Assembly: GCA_038245295.1 (NCBI GenBank)
Contig: JBBRSP010000004.1
Span: 256,001 to 320,000 of the forward strand
Length of the DNA stretch: 64,000 bases
Direction of reading: 5' to 3'
From: Candidatus Binatia bacterium
GTDB taxonomy: Bacteria; Desulfobacterota; Binatia; HRBIN30
Within the stretch, counting starts at the first letter, position 1, and every line of letters begins with the position of its first letter. The translations under genes and the position numbers were made by a program. Below the pieces are notes generated by a model, which was given only the letters and a program-made list of their open reading frames with translations, did not search any database and had not been told where the DNA came from. This document shows, one piece after another, positions 35,866 through 46,492 of this stretch.

Positions 35866-38031
35866 CTAACGCCCATACACCAGGCGACTTGGGCGCTCGA
35901 TATCCAGCTGCACGCCAACTCCATCTTTCTCGATGCGCGCCGTCTTGCTGTTGAATGGCGTGCTCGCGAACGGACTCGCATGGCGCGGATAGTCAGTGAG
36001 TGCCACTTCGGCGCCCTTCACAGTAAACGGCGCCTCCCAACCGAACGTCACGTGCCCCTGGCTGGGGGACTGGTAGACAACGTTGAAACCACCGGCAAAA
36101 CCGAGGTGCGTCGGCAATACGGTCACGTCGACCTGGGCCTGCGAAATGGCCGTGACGAACGCATCGAACGAACCAAAATCGGCTTTGCGCCCACATTCGA
36201 CGATCCACACATTGTCGGCGCCGCCGTTGGCCACCAGATCGAACGGCTTCACCATGCCGTTTGTGGCGTAGACGGTTGGATCGTACACGAGCCACTCGGC
36301 CGGGCGATACGAATAGAGGGCAACGTATCCATCGCGAAAGCGACCGATGGTCCATGGTCCTTGCTGCCGCACCTCATCGAAATGATCCTGCGGGAAATAT
36401 GCGTGTGTGTAAGGCTCGTAGTGGAAGAAGTCGAGAATGCCCGGGTTCTTCTGACGGTATTGCGGCGCGTAGATATGGATCGCGACGTTGTTGTGCTGCG
36501 CCGTGCGCGGCATCGAGGCCTCGCCGGTCCAGTAACTGCCTGTCTCCGTGTCCTGGTACCAATCCAGACTTTTGACGAGGGCGCGGAACGGATGCGTGGT
36601 AAAGACGATGGCGTTGGGATCTAAAGTCGCCTGCCACGAGTGCACCTGCGAGGCGAACGACCCGTTACGATACGACTGCGCGCTCGACAACATGTAGTCA
36701 GCGTTGCGGTAGGTGTAGGTGTTCACTTCCTTCAGCAGACCAAAACTCAGCATGCGCGCCGCGCTGGCCGCGAAGGTCTGGGCGTAGGCAAGGTCGCCGG
36801 TGAAAGTCTGGAGCCCACTGAAGGGTGCGAAGTTTGCAGTTTCCCACAGGTTGTATTGTTCGAGTGTCTGCACCGTGAGCGGCACGACTTGCCAGGCCGT
36901 CAAGGCGCTCATACCCCACCAGACACTGAGGTCCTTCGGGTCGGTGAACGACAATCCATAGGGCGCCTGCGGATTCGCCTCGACCGGGCCAAGCTCGTTC
37001 AGCGCGATCCCCATACGCTCGCGATCAACGAAGGTCTCGGGTGAACGCGCCGCATCGAAGATGACCTGGGGCAACCGGTAACGCTTGGCGCGCGCAAACA
37101 ACATCGCGCCGGGATCACCGGTGCTCTGGTATTCGTATTCGGTGGTGTCGAAGAGTAGCTTGACCAGCCCCTGCGTGTCGTCGTCGAGCGACGACAGCTT
37201 GTCCTTCTTGTAAGAGCGGCCGTGTGTTGTCCCGAAGGCGCCGCGGAAGGTGTGTACGCCGATATCGAGCAACAGCACATCGAGGACCGCTGCCGCCTTG
37301 GTGCGGATCGCTGGATCGTCGGCGTACTCGACCAGAGTCAACAGCGGTGTCGCGTCCTTCTGGTAGTACACATTCGAGTGCCATTCGCTGAAGCCGAACC
37401 GCATGCGCAGGTCGAACCAACTCTGCAGCAACGCCGCTGCCCTGGCCTGATGTTCGCGTCCGGTTTTGCCGTCGCTGCCAAAGACTCGATCCGGATACTG
37501 CTGACCCATCAGATACTCGAGCGTGTGATAAATGGCCTCGTGGTTCTCGGTCCAGTAATAGGAGTTGTCGAGCATGCCCTGCGGCGTCGGATCGGTGTAC
37601 CAGAATTTGAAATTGACGAGTGCCTGCTCGATCTTGTCGGTCAGACCGGGAGCAAGCATCGGGTTACCGCGATAGCCGAGCAGAACATTCAGGAGATAGA
37701 GCGCGTCGAAGTCGCGTGTGTCTTGCAACGCCGCCATCTTGGCGAACTGATCGTCCCAGGCCGTGGCCGGCACCGCGCCATCGGCGACGTGGTACGTCGG
37801 CTCGCGCTGTTCCCGCTCCATGTGAGCCATGGCATTGAGCGGACCATCGGGTTGCCCATGGGCTGTAGCGAACCGTAGGTACTGCAACTCGCGGGCTTGC
37901 GACTCCGAGCGCGGCACAAAACCATCCGAGCTCGCGGCAGGGACGGAGCTCTCGCCATCGTCGCCGCAGCCGACGACAGTCAGGCACAAGACCGCCGAGA
38001 GAACCCAATGACAAAACGTGTGGCGCGACAT
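35866..38031 (-). CDS. Large hypothetical lipoprotein (possibly heparinase/lyase-like fold)
   Basis: Lipobox LTVVGC; aromatic-rich with YYWTENH, GFSEWHSNVYY and HGRSY motifs. Confidence 0.75.
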   Translation of the reverse strand: MSRHTFCHWVLSAVLCLTVVGCGDDGESSVPAASSDGFVPRSESQARELQYLRFATAHGQPDGPLNAMAHMEREQREPTYHVADGAVPATAWDDQFAKMAALQDTRDFDALYLLNVLLGYRGNPMLAPGLTDKIEQALVNFKFWYTDPTPQGMLDNSYYWTENHEAIYHTLEYLMGQQYPDRVFGSDGKTGREHQARAAALLQSWFDLRMRFGFSEWHSNVYYQKDATPLLTLVEYADDPAIRTKAAAVLDVLLLDIGVHTFRGAFGTTHGRSYKKDKLSSLDDDTQGLVKLLFDTTEYEYQSTGDPGAMLFARAKRYRLPQVIFDAARSPETFVDRERMGIALNELGPVEANPQAPYGLSFTDPKDLSVWWGMSALTAWQVVPLTVQTLEQYNLWETANFAPFSGLQTFTGDLAYAQTFAASAARMLSFGLLKEVNTYTYRNADYMLSSAQSYRNGSFASQVHSWQATLDPNAIVFTTHPFRALVKSLDWYQDTETGSYWTGEASMPRTAQHNNVAIHIYAPQYRQKNPGILDFFHYEPYTHAYFPQDHFDEVRQQGPWTIGRFRDGYVALYSYRPAEWLVYDPTVYATNGMVKPFDLVANGGADNVWIVECGRKADFGSFDAFVTAISQAQVDVTVLPTHLGFAGGFNVVYQSPSQGHVTFGWEAPFTVKGAEVALTDYPRHASPFASTPFNSKTARIEKDGVGVQLDIERPSRLVYGR

Positions 38032-38063
38032 GCGCTTGCTCTACGCGCCTGTCCGCACGCCAG

Positions 38064-39026
38064 TCAAGACGAAGGCTTGGCGGCTCCGAACAATGCGCCG
38101 ACACGATAGACAGGTTTGCCCTGCGACTCGTGATAGGTCCGCACCAGAAGCTCGCCCAACAAACCCATCGTGATGAACTGCATGCCCATGAGCACCAGAA
38201 GGATACCGAGCCAGACGATCGGGCGATTGGCGAGAGGGATGCCTAGGAAGATGCGCTCGAAACCGAGGAGCGCGGTGATGAGCGCGCCGATGCCGCCCGT
38301 GACCAGACCAACGACACCGAAGACCTGAATCGGCCGTGTCGAGTAACTCGACATGAACTTTACGGTAATCAGGTCGAGGATGACCCGGATGGTGCGCGAG
38401 AGGCCATACTTGGAGGTGCCGAAGCGGCGCGGGCGGTGATGGACGACAACCTCGGCGATTCGCGCCCCGACGTCATCCGCCAGCGCCGGGATAAACCGAT
38501 GCATCTCGCCATACAGGCGTAAGCCTTGCACCACCTCACGACGTAACACCTTCAGCGTGCACCCGTAGTCGTGCAGGCGGACACCGGTGATGCGACCAAT
38601 CAGAGCGTTCGCCATCATCGAGGGAACGAGGCGGGTCCAGTACGAGTCGTGACGCGGATAACGCCAACCCGCGACCACGTCATACCCGTCGCGCAACCGC
38701 TTGAGCATTGGCCCGATGTCGGCCGGATCGTTTTGGCCGTCAGCGTCCATGGCGACGATGACGTCTCCACGCGCGTGGGCGAAGCCAGCCGCCATGGCGG
38801 CGGTCTGGCCGAAGTTGCGCGCCAGCCGAATTACACCAACTCGGTTGTCCTGCTGCGCCAGCTGCTCCAGCTTCTCAGGACTGCCGTCGCTGCTGCCGTC
38901 GTCGATGAACAGCACTTCAAACGGCTCGCCAAGCGCCTCCATGGCACGCACGATCTCGGCATGTAGGGGCTGAACATTGTCCGTCTCGTTGAAGACAGGG
39001 ATGACGATGGAGATAGCCGGCGTCAT
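38064..39026 (-). CDS. Glycosyltransferase family 2 (GtrB/ArnC-like, polyprenol-phosphate)
   Basis: IVIPVFNE, DDGSSD, RNFGQTAA, MDADGQNDP, two C-terminal TM helices. Confidence 0.93.
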   Translation of the reverse strand: MTPAISIVIPVFNETDNVQPLHAEIVRAMEALGEPFEVLFIDDGSSDGSPEKLEQLAQQDNRVGVIRLARNFGQTAAMAAGFAHARGDVIVAMDADGQNDPADIGPMLKRLRDGYDVVAGWRYPRHDSYWTRLVPSMMANALIGRITGVRLHDYGCTLKVLRREVVQGLRLYGEMHRFIPALADDVGARIAEVVVHHRPRRFGTSKYGLSRTIRVILDLITVKFMSSYSTRPIQVFGVVGLVTGGIGALITALLGFERIFLGIPLANRPIVWLGILLVLMGMQFITMGLLGELLVRTYHESQGKPVYRVGALFGAAKPSS

Positions 39027-39931
39027 GATCCTTCGATGTCGGTGAGGGCGACGAACTGACGATACCGTTTGTCGATCTCTTCTTGCGTCAACCGTTTCAG
39101 GCGATTCATGCCAAAATCCTCGACGGTGAACGATGCCATGACACTGCCGCAGACGATCGCACGTCTCAGACCTTTCTCGCTGCTATCACCTGAGCGGGCC
39201 AGCTCACCCATCAAGCCACCGGCAAAGGTATCCCCGGCGCCGGTCGGATCGAACACATCTTCAAGAGGAAATGCCGGAACGGCGAAGACCGAGTCGGACG
39301 AGAATTGAATGCATCCGTACTCGCCACGCTTGATGAGCACGCGCGGCGGGCCCATTTCAATGAGCTTGCGGGCGGCCTTGACGATGTTCTTCTCGCCGGA
39401 CAGCTGGCGCGCCTCTTCGTCGTTGATGACCAGCAGGCCAACTCGACTGAGCAGCGCCACCAGCGGCTCGCGCGCCGCATCGATCCAATGGTTCATCGTG
39501 TCGACACCGACGAGCCCGGGGTTCTTCACTTGATCGAGCACCATCGCCTGCAGGGTCGGATCGATATTGGCGAGGAAGAGAAACTTCGCGTCGCGATACG
39601 AGGCCGGCAGGTTAGGCTTGAAGTCGGCAAACACACCGAGGTCGAGAGACAGCGTGTCGCGCTGGTTCATGTCTTCGTGGTAACGCCCGCTCCAGCTGCC
39701 CGTGCGCCCGGGGCGCGCCTCGAGGCCGGCGACGTCGATGCCGCGCTTGACGAAGAAGTCACGATCACTCTGGGGAAAGTCATCCCCGACGGTCGCAACC
39801 ATCTTCACCGGCGCAAAAAAACTGGCGGCGACAGCAAAATACGATGCCGCCCCACCCAGCACACGCTCCGCCTTGCCATGCGGAGTCTCCAGATTATCGA
39901 TAAAAATCGAGCCGACAACAACGATACTCAC
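39023..39931 (-). CDS. PfkB family sugar/nucleoside kinase
   Basis: GGAASY, INDEEA, IKRGEYG, DPTGAGDTFAGG. Confidence 0.93.
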   Translation of the reverse strand: MSIVVVGSIFIDNLETPHGKAERVLGGAASYFAVAASFFAPVKMVATVGDDFPQSDRDFFVKRGIDVAGLEARPGRTGSWSGRYHEDMNQRDTLSLDLGVFADFKPNLPASYRDAKFLFLANIDPTLQAMVLDQVKNPGLVGVDTMNHWIDAAREPLVALLSRVGLLVINDEEARQLSGEKNIVKAARKLIEMGPPRVLIKRGEYGCIQFSSDSVFAVPAFPLEDVFDPTGAGDTFAGGLMGELARSGDSSEKGLRRAIVCGSVMASFTVEDFGMNRLKRLTQEEIDKRYRQFVALTDIEGS

Positions 39932-39978
39932 TCAATCCTCCCACAGGAACGTACGAGCAAAGTTCCACTCTTCACTCT

Positions 39979-40833
39979 TCAAACGTATTTGCCGATGATC
40001 GGCTGCAGATCCTTTTTGACCGCCGCCGGGATACACGCCCGATCAGTGATGATCGCGTTGGCAAGAGCCGACCCGCAGGCACACGGGCGCTCCTCCGGTA
40101 GCGACAGAACGGTCGCGGCAATCACCTTTTGGGCCATCGCGACGTTCTGCGACAAGACGCGCAGGATATCTTCGATCGCCACATCCTCTTCGCTCTCGTG
40201 CCAGCAATCGTAATCGGTCGCCAGCGCCAGCGTCGCAAAACACAGCTCGGCTTCCCGCGCCAGCTTGGCCTCCTGCAGGTTGGTCATGCCGATGATGTGT
40301 GCACCCCATTGGCGGTACAGGTGTGACTCCGCTCGCGTCGAAAACTGCGGCCCTTCCATACACAGGTACGTTCCGCCTTTGTGCACCGTGGCACCCTCGC
40401 GCCGCGCTGCTTCGTAGAGGCTGTCGCAGAGAGGAGCGCACACCGGGTCGGCGAACATGACGTGGGCGACAACACCATTCCCGAAGAAGGTGCTCGGGCG
40501 TCGATAGGTTCGATCAATGAACTGATCCGGCACGACGAGGTGGCCCGGGCGAATCTCCTCGCGCAGGGAGCCGACGGCCCCGACGGCAAGGATTGTATCG
40601 GCGCCGAGAGTCTTCATCCCGAAGATGTTGGCGCGGAAGTTCAGCTCGGAGGGCAAGATACGATGACCGCGCCCGTGACGCGGCAAAAAGATGAGGCGCA
40701 CCGCGCCGAGGGTCCCGACAATGTAGGAGTCCGAGGGTTCACCGAAGGGCGTGGCGACAGAAATCTCTTCGACCCCCGACAGCCCAGCCATCTCGTACAA
40801 GCCACTCCCGCCAATCACACCTACGGTTCGCAC
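39979..40833 (-). CDS. mtnP: S-methyl-5'-thioadenosine phosphorylase
   Basis: GVIGGSGLY, PRHGRGH, EGPQFSTRAES, GMTNLQEAKLARE, TDYDCWH. Confidence 0.95.
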   Translation of the reverse strand: MRTVGVIGGSGLYEMAGLSGVEEISVATPFGEPSDSYIVGTLGAVRLIFLPRHGRGHRILPSELNFRANIFGMKTLGADTILAVGAVGSLREEIRPGHLVVPDQFIDRTYRRPSTFFGNGVVAHVMFADPVCAPLCDSLYEAARREGATVHKGGTYLCMEGPQFSTRAESHLYRQWGAHIIGMTNLQEAKLAREAELCFATLALATDYDCWHESEEDVAIEDILRVLSQNVAMAQKVIAATVLSLPEERPCACGSALANAIITDRACIPAAVKKDLQPIIGKYV

Positions 40834-40841
40834 GTTGGACC

Positions 40842-41777
40842 CTACTTTCGAATGATGGTGAGCCGCGGCCCAGCGGACATTTCGAAGCTCGACACGGCTT
40901 CGAGAACGTCGCCGTCGATCATGTAGTGTGTCGGCTTGGCGAACTCAACATGTACGTCCTGCGCCAGATTGTCGTAGAGGGACTCGTAGTCGAGCGGAAA
41001 GCCCATGGGGATACGCCAGAAGCGGCGCAACATCTGCATCGGGCTGAGGCGCCCGGCGAGGAGATGGTAGTAGCCACGTTTGCGAGTGGCGAGATACGTC
41101 GCGTAGAAGCCGAGGCCGATGTCGCGAATCGAGCTCGCATAGATGACATTGAAGCGCCGATGAGGAACACGCTCGCCGTCGCAGTCCACGTCCGCCTCGA
41201 GTTGCTGCAAAATGCCGCGCGACAGAGTTGTGCCCGCGGCAACTGAGGCGAGAAGCCGCGTCAGCAGCCACGCCGCCGGCAGCGGCCCGCTGTGAGGCAA
41301 GGCATAATAGACCTGAAGAAAACTGACGATCGCTCCAGCGCCTACCATGAATCCATATTGCGACGTGCCGATGCGGATGAGCTGACGCTCCGTCAGCTCA
41401 AACGGTCGCCCGGCACGGTGGTCGGCGATGACGGCGGATAGAACCCTCTCAGGACTGCCATGGCGGCAGCCGACGGAGCGCGCCACCGTGTTCATCGATC
41501 CCGCACGCAGCGGCAACACCATTGGTAGTGGACGGTCCCCATACGCGTTCACGAGCGCCGAGAGGATGCGGAAGAAGGAACCATCGCCGCCACAAATGGC
41601 CAGGACTTCGATCTGGCGATCACGGAACGTCGCAACAGCCTGATCGAGCTCTTCATAAGAAGATGGAGCGCAAACGATGCCGGTATCACCAACAATCGCC
41701 TCCAAACGAGAGAGGCGCTCCGGGGCACGGCGATTCTGCCCGGCGTGCGGGTTGAGGATGACACCAAATCCGCTCAT
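40842..41777 (-). CDS. Diacylglycerol/lipid kinase family protein
   Basis: ILNPHAG, CGGDGS, LRAGSMNTVA, YMIDGD. Confidence 0.88.
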   Translation of the reverse strand: MSGFGVILNPHAGQNRRAPERLSRLEAIVGDTGIVCAPSSYEELDQAVATFRDRQIEVLAICGGDGSFFRILSALVNAYGDRPLPMVLPLRAGSMNTVARSVGCRHGSPERVLSAVIADHRAGRPFELTERQLIRIGTSQYGFMVGAGAIVSFLQVYYALPHSGPLPAAWLLTRLLASVAAGTTLSRGILQQLEADVDCDGERVPHRRFNVIYASSIRDIGLGFYATYLATRKRGYYHLLAGRLSPMQMLRRFWRIPMGFPLDYESLYDNLAQDVHVEFAKPTHYMIDGDVLEAVSSFEMSAGPRLTIIRK

Positions 41778-41860
41778 CGGCGGCGTCTTAACGGTTCAAC
41801 CTCGACTTGTGAACTCGGAGCGCGCCACTCGGTGCCGCGGAGTGACGCGCTCCGGCGAGA

Positions 41861-42019
41861 TCAGGACGCGAAGAGTTTGACCGCGTACACGATGGCCAAC
41901 GGGATGCCGGCGAACAACAGGAGTTTCATCAGAATCGACGTGGCACTCTCGCCCTTTTCGTCGCCCGCCTGAGCTCCTTGGCGTGCGCCTGACGGAACTG
42001 ATTTGGTTTCTTCGGACAT
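41861..42019 (-). CDS. Small hypothetical membrane protein
   Basis: GAGGAG RBS before MSEETK; one C-terminal TM helix. Confidence 0.6.
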   Translation of the reverse strand: MSEETKSVPSGARQGAQAGDEKGESATSILMKLLLFAGIPLAIVYAVKLFAS

Positions 42020-42110
42020 GACTCCTCCTCGCAGCGCTCCACGCCGGACAAACCGGCGACTCGCCGCTGCCAAAAATTAAATTGGGATGTCGGACGAGCG
42101 AGGAGATTGT

Positions 42111-42464
42111 TCAGGCGGGTGATTCGTCGGCGGCGCAACGAGCCGATGCGCGGCGCAGCGAGCGTCGCGATGGGTACACAAGGGAACGCGGCAGGCTGCG
42201 GACTCGCTCGTTCAGGCAAATGGTTGCCGTCGGCGATCGGCGCAGTCCCACGATACGTCCCAACCCGAGACGGCCAAGCCGCGTCGGCGGTTGAACCATT
42301 TCGCGGGCGTCGGCCGGGCGTGGGGCCCAAGATACAAGAGGCTGATTTTTTTCGACGGCGATGACCAACGGCGATGCATCGTTCGGCATGGTCGCCACCG
42401 CCACCAGTGGTGTTGCCGTGTGGCAGAGGAAGATCAGCAGCAGAGTAGTGGCCGGCAAACGCAT
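42111..42464 (-). CDS. Hypothetical secreted/basic protein
   Basis: MRLPATTLLLIFLCHTA signal-like start fills the gap between genes; no family recognised. Confidence 0.35.
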   Translation of the reverse strand: MRLPATTLLLIFLCHTATPLVAVATMPNDASPLVIAVEKNQPLVSWAPRPADAREMVQPPTRLGRLGLGRIVGLRRSPTATICLNERVRSLPRSLVYPSRRSLRRASARCAADESPA

Positions 42465-42519
42465 CACGTTAACTATAGGCAAGAGGATCGACGAGGCAAG
42501 TCGCGAGTTGAGTCGGCGG

Positions 42520-44142
42520 CTAAAAGTCGCGGTCGTAGACGCTCCACCAGAATTCACACTCGGTGCGGCGAAAGTTTGGAACGATATTAATCGAAGAATC
42601 GAAATTGATCCGCTGATCCGCCGCAGCGCTGTATTTCGGCCAGGCCAGGGCCGCCTCACCGTTCGGATCGCCGTTGCGCGCCAGGCGCGTCCAATATCCC
42701 TGCATGGCTTGCGCCAGCATCGCGTCGACAGCCAGCGGCGGGTCGACAGACCCGAACACGTAGGCGATCTCGGCACCGTGTGTGGCGCCGAGGTTGAACT
42801 GCGCCAAGGCTTCGATCGGGATCGGGCGCGCAAAGTTATACAGGTACACGTTCGAGCCGCCGGCGGCGGCGCGACGCGCGACATCATACGTCGGGCAGAC
42901 GAGCGACGAATCACCGAAGACACGCGCCAGCGCATCCTGTGGCGTGCGGAAGGCGCTGGCCGGATAAACCGCCGCGACTTCATCGGACATGTCGCCATAG
43001 GCCTGCTTGAGGGCTTCCAGATACTTCGCGTTTGTCGTGACGGGGCGAGATCCAATGAAGAACAGAGTCCCCTCATCGGCGTTGGAGCCGAGGATGTACG
43101 GCACCTTGGCGAACTTACCCGTGTTGAAGAGTGTGCGCGGCTGGTCCGGCAGCACACCGCCATCGATGATGATGCCCGGGCCGCTGTCCTGGGAGAGCAG
43201 CGTCGATACCGGCACTTGGCGTAGACAGCTCAACTCGTTGGCGGCATCGGCGCAGCCAACCGCCGCACTCACCTGTGCACTTGCCGCGGCGGCATCCGTG
43301 ATGGTCGATTGATGAGTCGTGCAGCCGCCACTCTCGCCGATGGCGCGGTGGAACAAGCCGCGGCTTCCGGGTGATACGACATGGGCGCAAACGTCCCACG
43401 AGCCAGCCGACTCGCCGAAGATCGTCACGTTGTCGGGATCGCCGCCGAATACGGCGATGTTGTCGCGTACCCATTGCAACGCTTGCCGCTGATCCAGGAG
43501 GCCCTGATTGCCGGCATACGGATACGCCGATTCCTCAGACTTCAACGCGGCGTTGGCAAAGAAGCCAAAGATGCCGAGTCGATAGTTTACGCTGACAACA
43601 ATGACGTCGCGCGTCTGCGTCAACACATGACCGTCGTAGAAACGTCCGCCGACGCCGAGTGGAACAAGATCGCCTGCCGATCCGGCCGTATTGCCGCCGC
43701 CGTGGATCCACACCATTACCGGCAAACGCTTCTGCGGTGCGGGCTCGGGCGACCAGACGTTGAGATAAAGGCAATCCTCGGTGGTGCTGGGTGCGCCGTT
43801 GATCGAGGCACCCTGCGGGCACGGAGAAGCAAACGCGGTGGTGTCGCGCACACCGCTCCACGGGCTCACAGGCTGTGGGCGATGCCAGCGCAACGCGCCG
43901 ACGGGCGGCGCCGCGAACGGGATCCCCAGAAAACGACGTGTACCGCTGTCGATGCTGCCCTGCACCATGCCGTCATTCAATCGAATCAGTGTGCCGGATT
44001 GAATCGGCGTCGTCGCGGCGGCAGCACCATCCTCGCCGTCTGAGCCACAGCCGACCAGCAAAAGGGCGAGACAGAGGACGACCCAACCGCGCCAAGGCAA
44101 AGAGCCGGCGCAGGACCTCAGAGCACGAGTGTCAGCGAACAT
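42520..44142 (-). CDS. Carboxylesterase type B lipoprotein
   Basis: Lipobox LLVGC; FLGIPFAAPP, EDCLYLNVW, HGGG, GESAG, GATHGAEI. Confidence 0.93.
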   Translation of the reverse strand: MFADTRALRSCAGSLPWRGWVVLCLALLLVGCGSDGEDGAAAATTPIQSGTLIRLNDGMVQGSIDSGTRRFLGIPFAAPPVGALRWHRPQPVSPWSGVRDTTAFASPCPQGASINGAPSTTEDCLYLNVWSPEPAPQKRLPVMVWIHGGGNTAGSAGDLVPLGVGGRFYDGHVLTQTRDVIVVSVNYRLGIFGFFANAALKSEESAYPYAGNQGLLDQRQALQWVRDNIAVFGGDPDNVTIFGESAGSWDVCAHVVSPGSRGLFHRAIGESGGCTTHQSTITDAAAASAQVSAAVGCADAANELSCLRQVPVSTLLSQDSGPGIIIDGGVLPDQPRTLFNTGKFAKVPYILGSNADEGTLFFIGSRPVTTNAKYLEALKQAYGDMSDEVAAVYPASAFRTPQDALARVFGDSSLVCPTYDVARRAAAGGSNVYLYNFARPIPIEALAQFNLGATHGAEIAYVFGSVDPPLAVDAMLAQAMQGYWTRLARNGDPNGEAALAWPKYSAAADQRINFDSSINIVPNFRRTECEFWWSVYDRDF

Positions 44143-44227
44143 TCAGCTGCAGTACCACTCGTTGGCGCGCCGTGTCCACGCTGCCGCTTCTCGGGTTTTA
44201 ACGAGCGCCTCCAGCGCCCGAACCGGG

Positions 44228-45028
44228 TCATGCCAGTGGGCCAAGAACACTGCGGACAAAATCGACGTCCGCCTTTAGCTTGGCCTCGACCGAGCGTTCG
44301 TCGGCAGCAAGAAATTCGATGGTTAAAGGGCCGCGATAGCCCGCCGCGTGCGCCGCGGTCAGAATGGCGCGATAGTCGAGCGTGCCGTCCGCCAACGACC
44401 CGCCGGGAAGCATGGCGCTCTGCCCATCCGGATTGAGCTGATAGTTCTTCAAGTGAAAGTAGCGCGCCGCCCCGCTCAACGCGGCAGCGTCGGCCGCCTG
44501 CTGCGTGATCTTCGATGGCGGCAGGAAGTCGAGCACCTGATAGTTCAGCGCGACATTGGGACGGTCGATGGCAGCGAACAAGTCGGCGATCCGCCGCGGT
44601 GTGTCGGCAAACGAACCAAGATGGCGCTCGACAACAACGGTAATGCCGGCAGGCAGCGCCGCATCGCAGGCGGCGCGCATCAAGTCGACGGTCGGATTCT
44701 TGTCTTGGTTATCGTCGGGCAAGGGCTCGGCCCAGACGCGCAACAGCGGTGTCTCGAGCGCTTCGGTCCAAGCAACAGCGCGCCGGGCATCATCGGCGGT
44801 GACTTGTCCGAAGCGGCCGAGGTAGGAGCCGAACGCAACGATCCCGCAGCCGGTGGCCCGCACGGCGCGCCCGACATCGCGCGCCTCTGCGACACTCGCA
44901 TCAGCGGCGAGATGCGGCGCGTGGCCGGTGATCTCGATTGCTTCGACGCCGCACGCGAGCGCCATCTCGGCGACGGCAGCGATGGGTCGATCGAGAGCCG
45001 AAATGGAACAAAAGGCCAAGGGTCGCAT
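44228..45028 (-). CDS. Sugar phosphate isomerase/epimerase (xylose-isomerase-like TIM barrel)
   Basis: LRVWA, VVERH, FHLKN, G.LDY, GPLTIEF. Confidence 0.85.
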   Translation of the reverse strand: MRPLAFCSISALDRPIAAVAEMALACGVEAIEITGHAPHLAADASVAEARDVGRAVRATGCGIVAFGSYLGRFGQVTADDARRAVAWTEALETPLLRVWAEPLPDDNQDKNPTVDLMRAACDAALPAGITVVVERHLGSFADTPRRIADLFAAIDRPNVALNYQVLDFLPPSKITQQAADAAALSGAARYFHLKNYQLNPDGQSAMLPGGSLADGTLDYRAILTAAHAAGYRGPLTIEFLAADERSVEAKLKADVDFVRSVLGPLA

Positions 45029-45058
45029 TCTCTACCTCCGATGTATGGCGACGTGGGA

Positions 45059-46069
45059 TCACGCAATGCGCTCGAGATCAGCGCGGTGGATCTCATGGCG
45101 CAGCGGCTCCCCGCGCGTCAAGCGTTCGATCTCCGCGACCGCCAGCTCACCCATGCGTTCGGTCTCCGTACCCATGGAGCCGGCGATGTGCGGTGTCAGG
45201 AAGACATTCGGCAGATCGTAAAGAGGCGAGCTGGACGGCAGCGTTTCCGGCTCGGTGGTATCAAGGATCGCGTCGATGCGACCGCGCACCAATTCCGCCT
45301 CGAGGGCGGCGTGATCGACGAGCCAGCCGCGCGCCGTATTGATCAGGGTGGCACCGTCGCGCAGCAGGGCGAGACGGCGGGCGTCGATCATGTGTCGCGT
45401 CTCAGGCAACGCCGGGGCATGTAAGGTCACCACATCGGCGCGTCGCATGAGCTCATCGAGTTCGACCAACTCGGCGCCCAGCGCCCGGGCTCCGGCAACG
45501 TCGACGAAGGGATCACTGAGGAGGAGATCGAGGTCGAACATTCGCAATCGTTCCGCGACAAGCCGACCGATATGCGAGGCGCCGACGATGCCAATCTTCT
45601 TGCAATAGTTGCCAAGATCGGGGAACTCGGCCGCCCAGAAGCGGAAGTCGCGCGCCTCGCGGTAACGCTGCTGCAAACGCAGCACTCGCTTATTGGCGAA
45701 GAGAATGGCGGCAACGGTGTACTCGGCCACAGGTACAGCATTGGCGGCAGCCGCGGCACTGACACGGATGCCGGCATCCCAACATTCCGGCAAGATGTGC
45801 TGCTTCACCGTGCCGGCGGCGTGCACGATGGCGCTCAGCCTGGGAGCGGCGCGCAGCACATGCTCGTCGATCAGCGGACAGCCCCAGCCGGTAAGCAGGA
45901 TGTCGGTACGCGCCAACCATTCCTTTGCCTGTGGATCTTCGAAGGCCGTGATCGGGTCGCGGCTGGCCAGCTCCGCACAGGCTGCAAGTCGTTGCCAGTG
46001 CGTTTCGTTGAACAGCTGTTGATTGAAGAAGGGTACCATCGCCAGGGTAATAAAAGGGCGTTCCGCCAT
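45059..46069 (-). CDS. D-isomer-specific 2-hydroxyacid dehydrogenase
   Basis: HAAGTVK, GIVGASHIG, LHAPALPET, INTARG, TPHIAGS. Start uncertain (up to 46138). Confidence 0.92.
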   Translation of the reverse strand: MAERPFITLAMVPFFNQQLFNETHWQRLAACAELASRDPITAFEDPQAKEWLARTDILLTGWGCPLIDEHVLRAAPRLSAIVHAAGTVKQHILPECWDAGIRVSAAAAANAVPVAEYTVAAILFANKRVLRLQQRYREARDFRFWAAEFPDLGNYCKKIGIVGASHIGRLVAERLRMFDLDLLLSDPFVDVAGARALGAELVELDELMRRADVVTLHAPALPETRHMIDARRLALLRDGATLINTARGWLVDHAALEAELVRGRIDAILDTTEPETLPSSSPLYDLPNVFLTPHIAGSMGTETERMGELAVAEIERLTRGEPLRHEIHRADLERIA

Positions 46070-46156
46070 TCCGGCAGATGGCCACACCATATCGGTTTGG
46101 GTCAACAGGTAGGCGGAGGTTGATTCAGCATGGCGCACGTCCTACCTAGGTCGGCC

Positions 46157-46417
46157 ATGGCAATCGCGATCGATACGTTCGTCACCATCCCCGGTTACAA
46201 ACCCTACCCGCGCTTCGGCCGCGTCGCCGAGCTGCTCGCCGAGGAGAAAGTTCGTGTCACGTCCGTTCAGTGCGGTGACCCGCGCTGCGCCGCCGAGCAC
46301 CATCACGGCGATGTCGTGTGGAACGCGGCAGATCTGGAGGCCTCGAAGGCGTACCAGGGACGCGCCGGTTGGGAGAGCGGTCGCGTCAGCTCGCCGAACG
46401 CTCCGATTGTTGGCTGA
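46157..46417 (+). CDS. Small hypothetical protein
   Basis: ATG-started ORF filling the gap, GC3-rich codons, CGDPRC..EHHH motif. Confidence 0.55.
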   Translation: MAIAIDTFVTIPGYKPYPRFGRVAELLAEEKVRVTSVQCGDPRCAAEHHHGDVVWNAADLEASKAYQGRAGWESGRVSSPNAPIVG

Positions 46418-46492
46418 TCACCTGGCCCGGGGGTTCCCCTTCGCGCCGCGCGCTGCGGAGAAGAACCAGCCCGACTCCGTCCGGCACAGCGC

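Noticed and set aside
42085..42510. Structured ncRNA (RNase P, tmRNA or 6S) in the long gap
   Set aside because: No diagnostic motifs recognised; a weak minus-strand ORF explains it as well.
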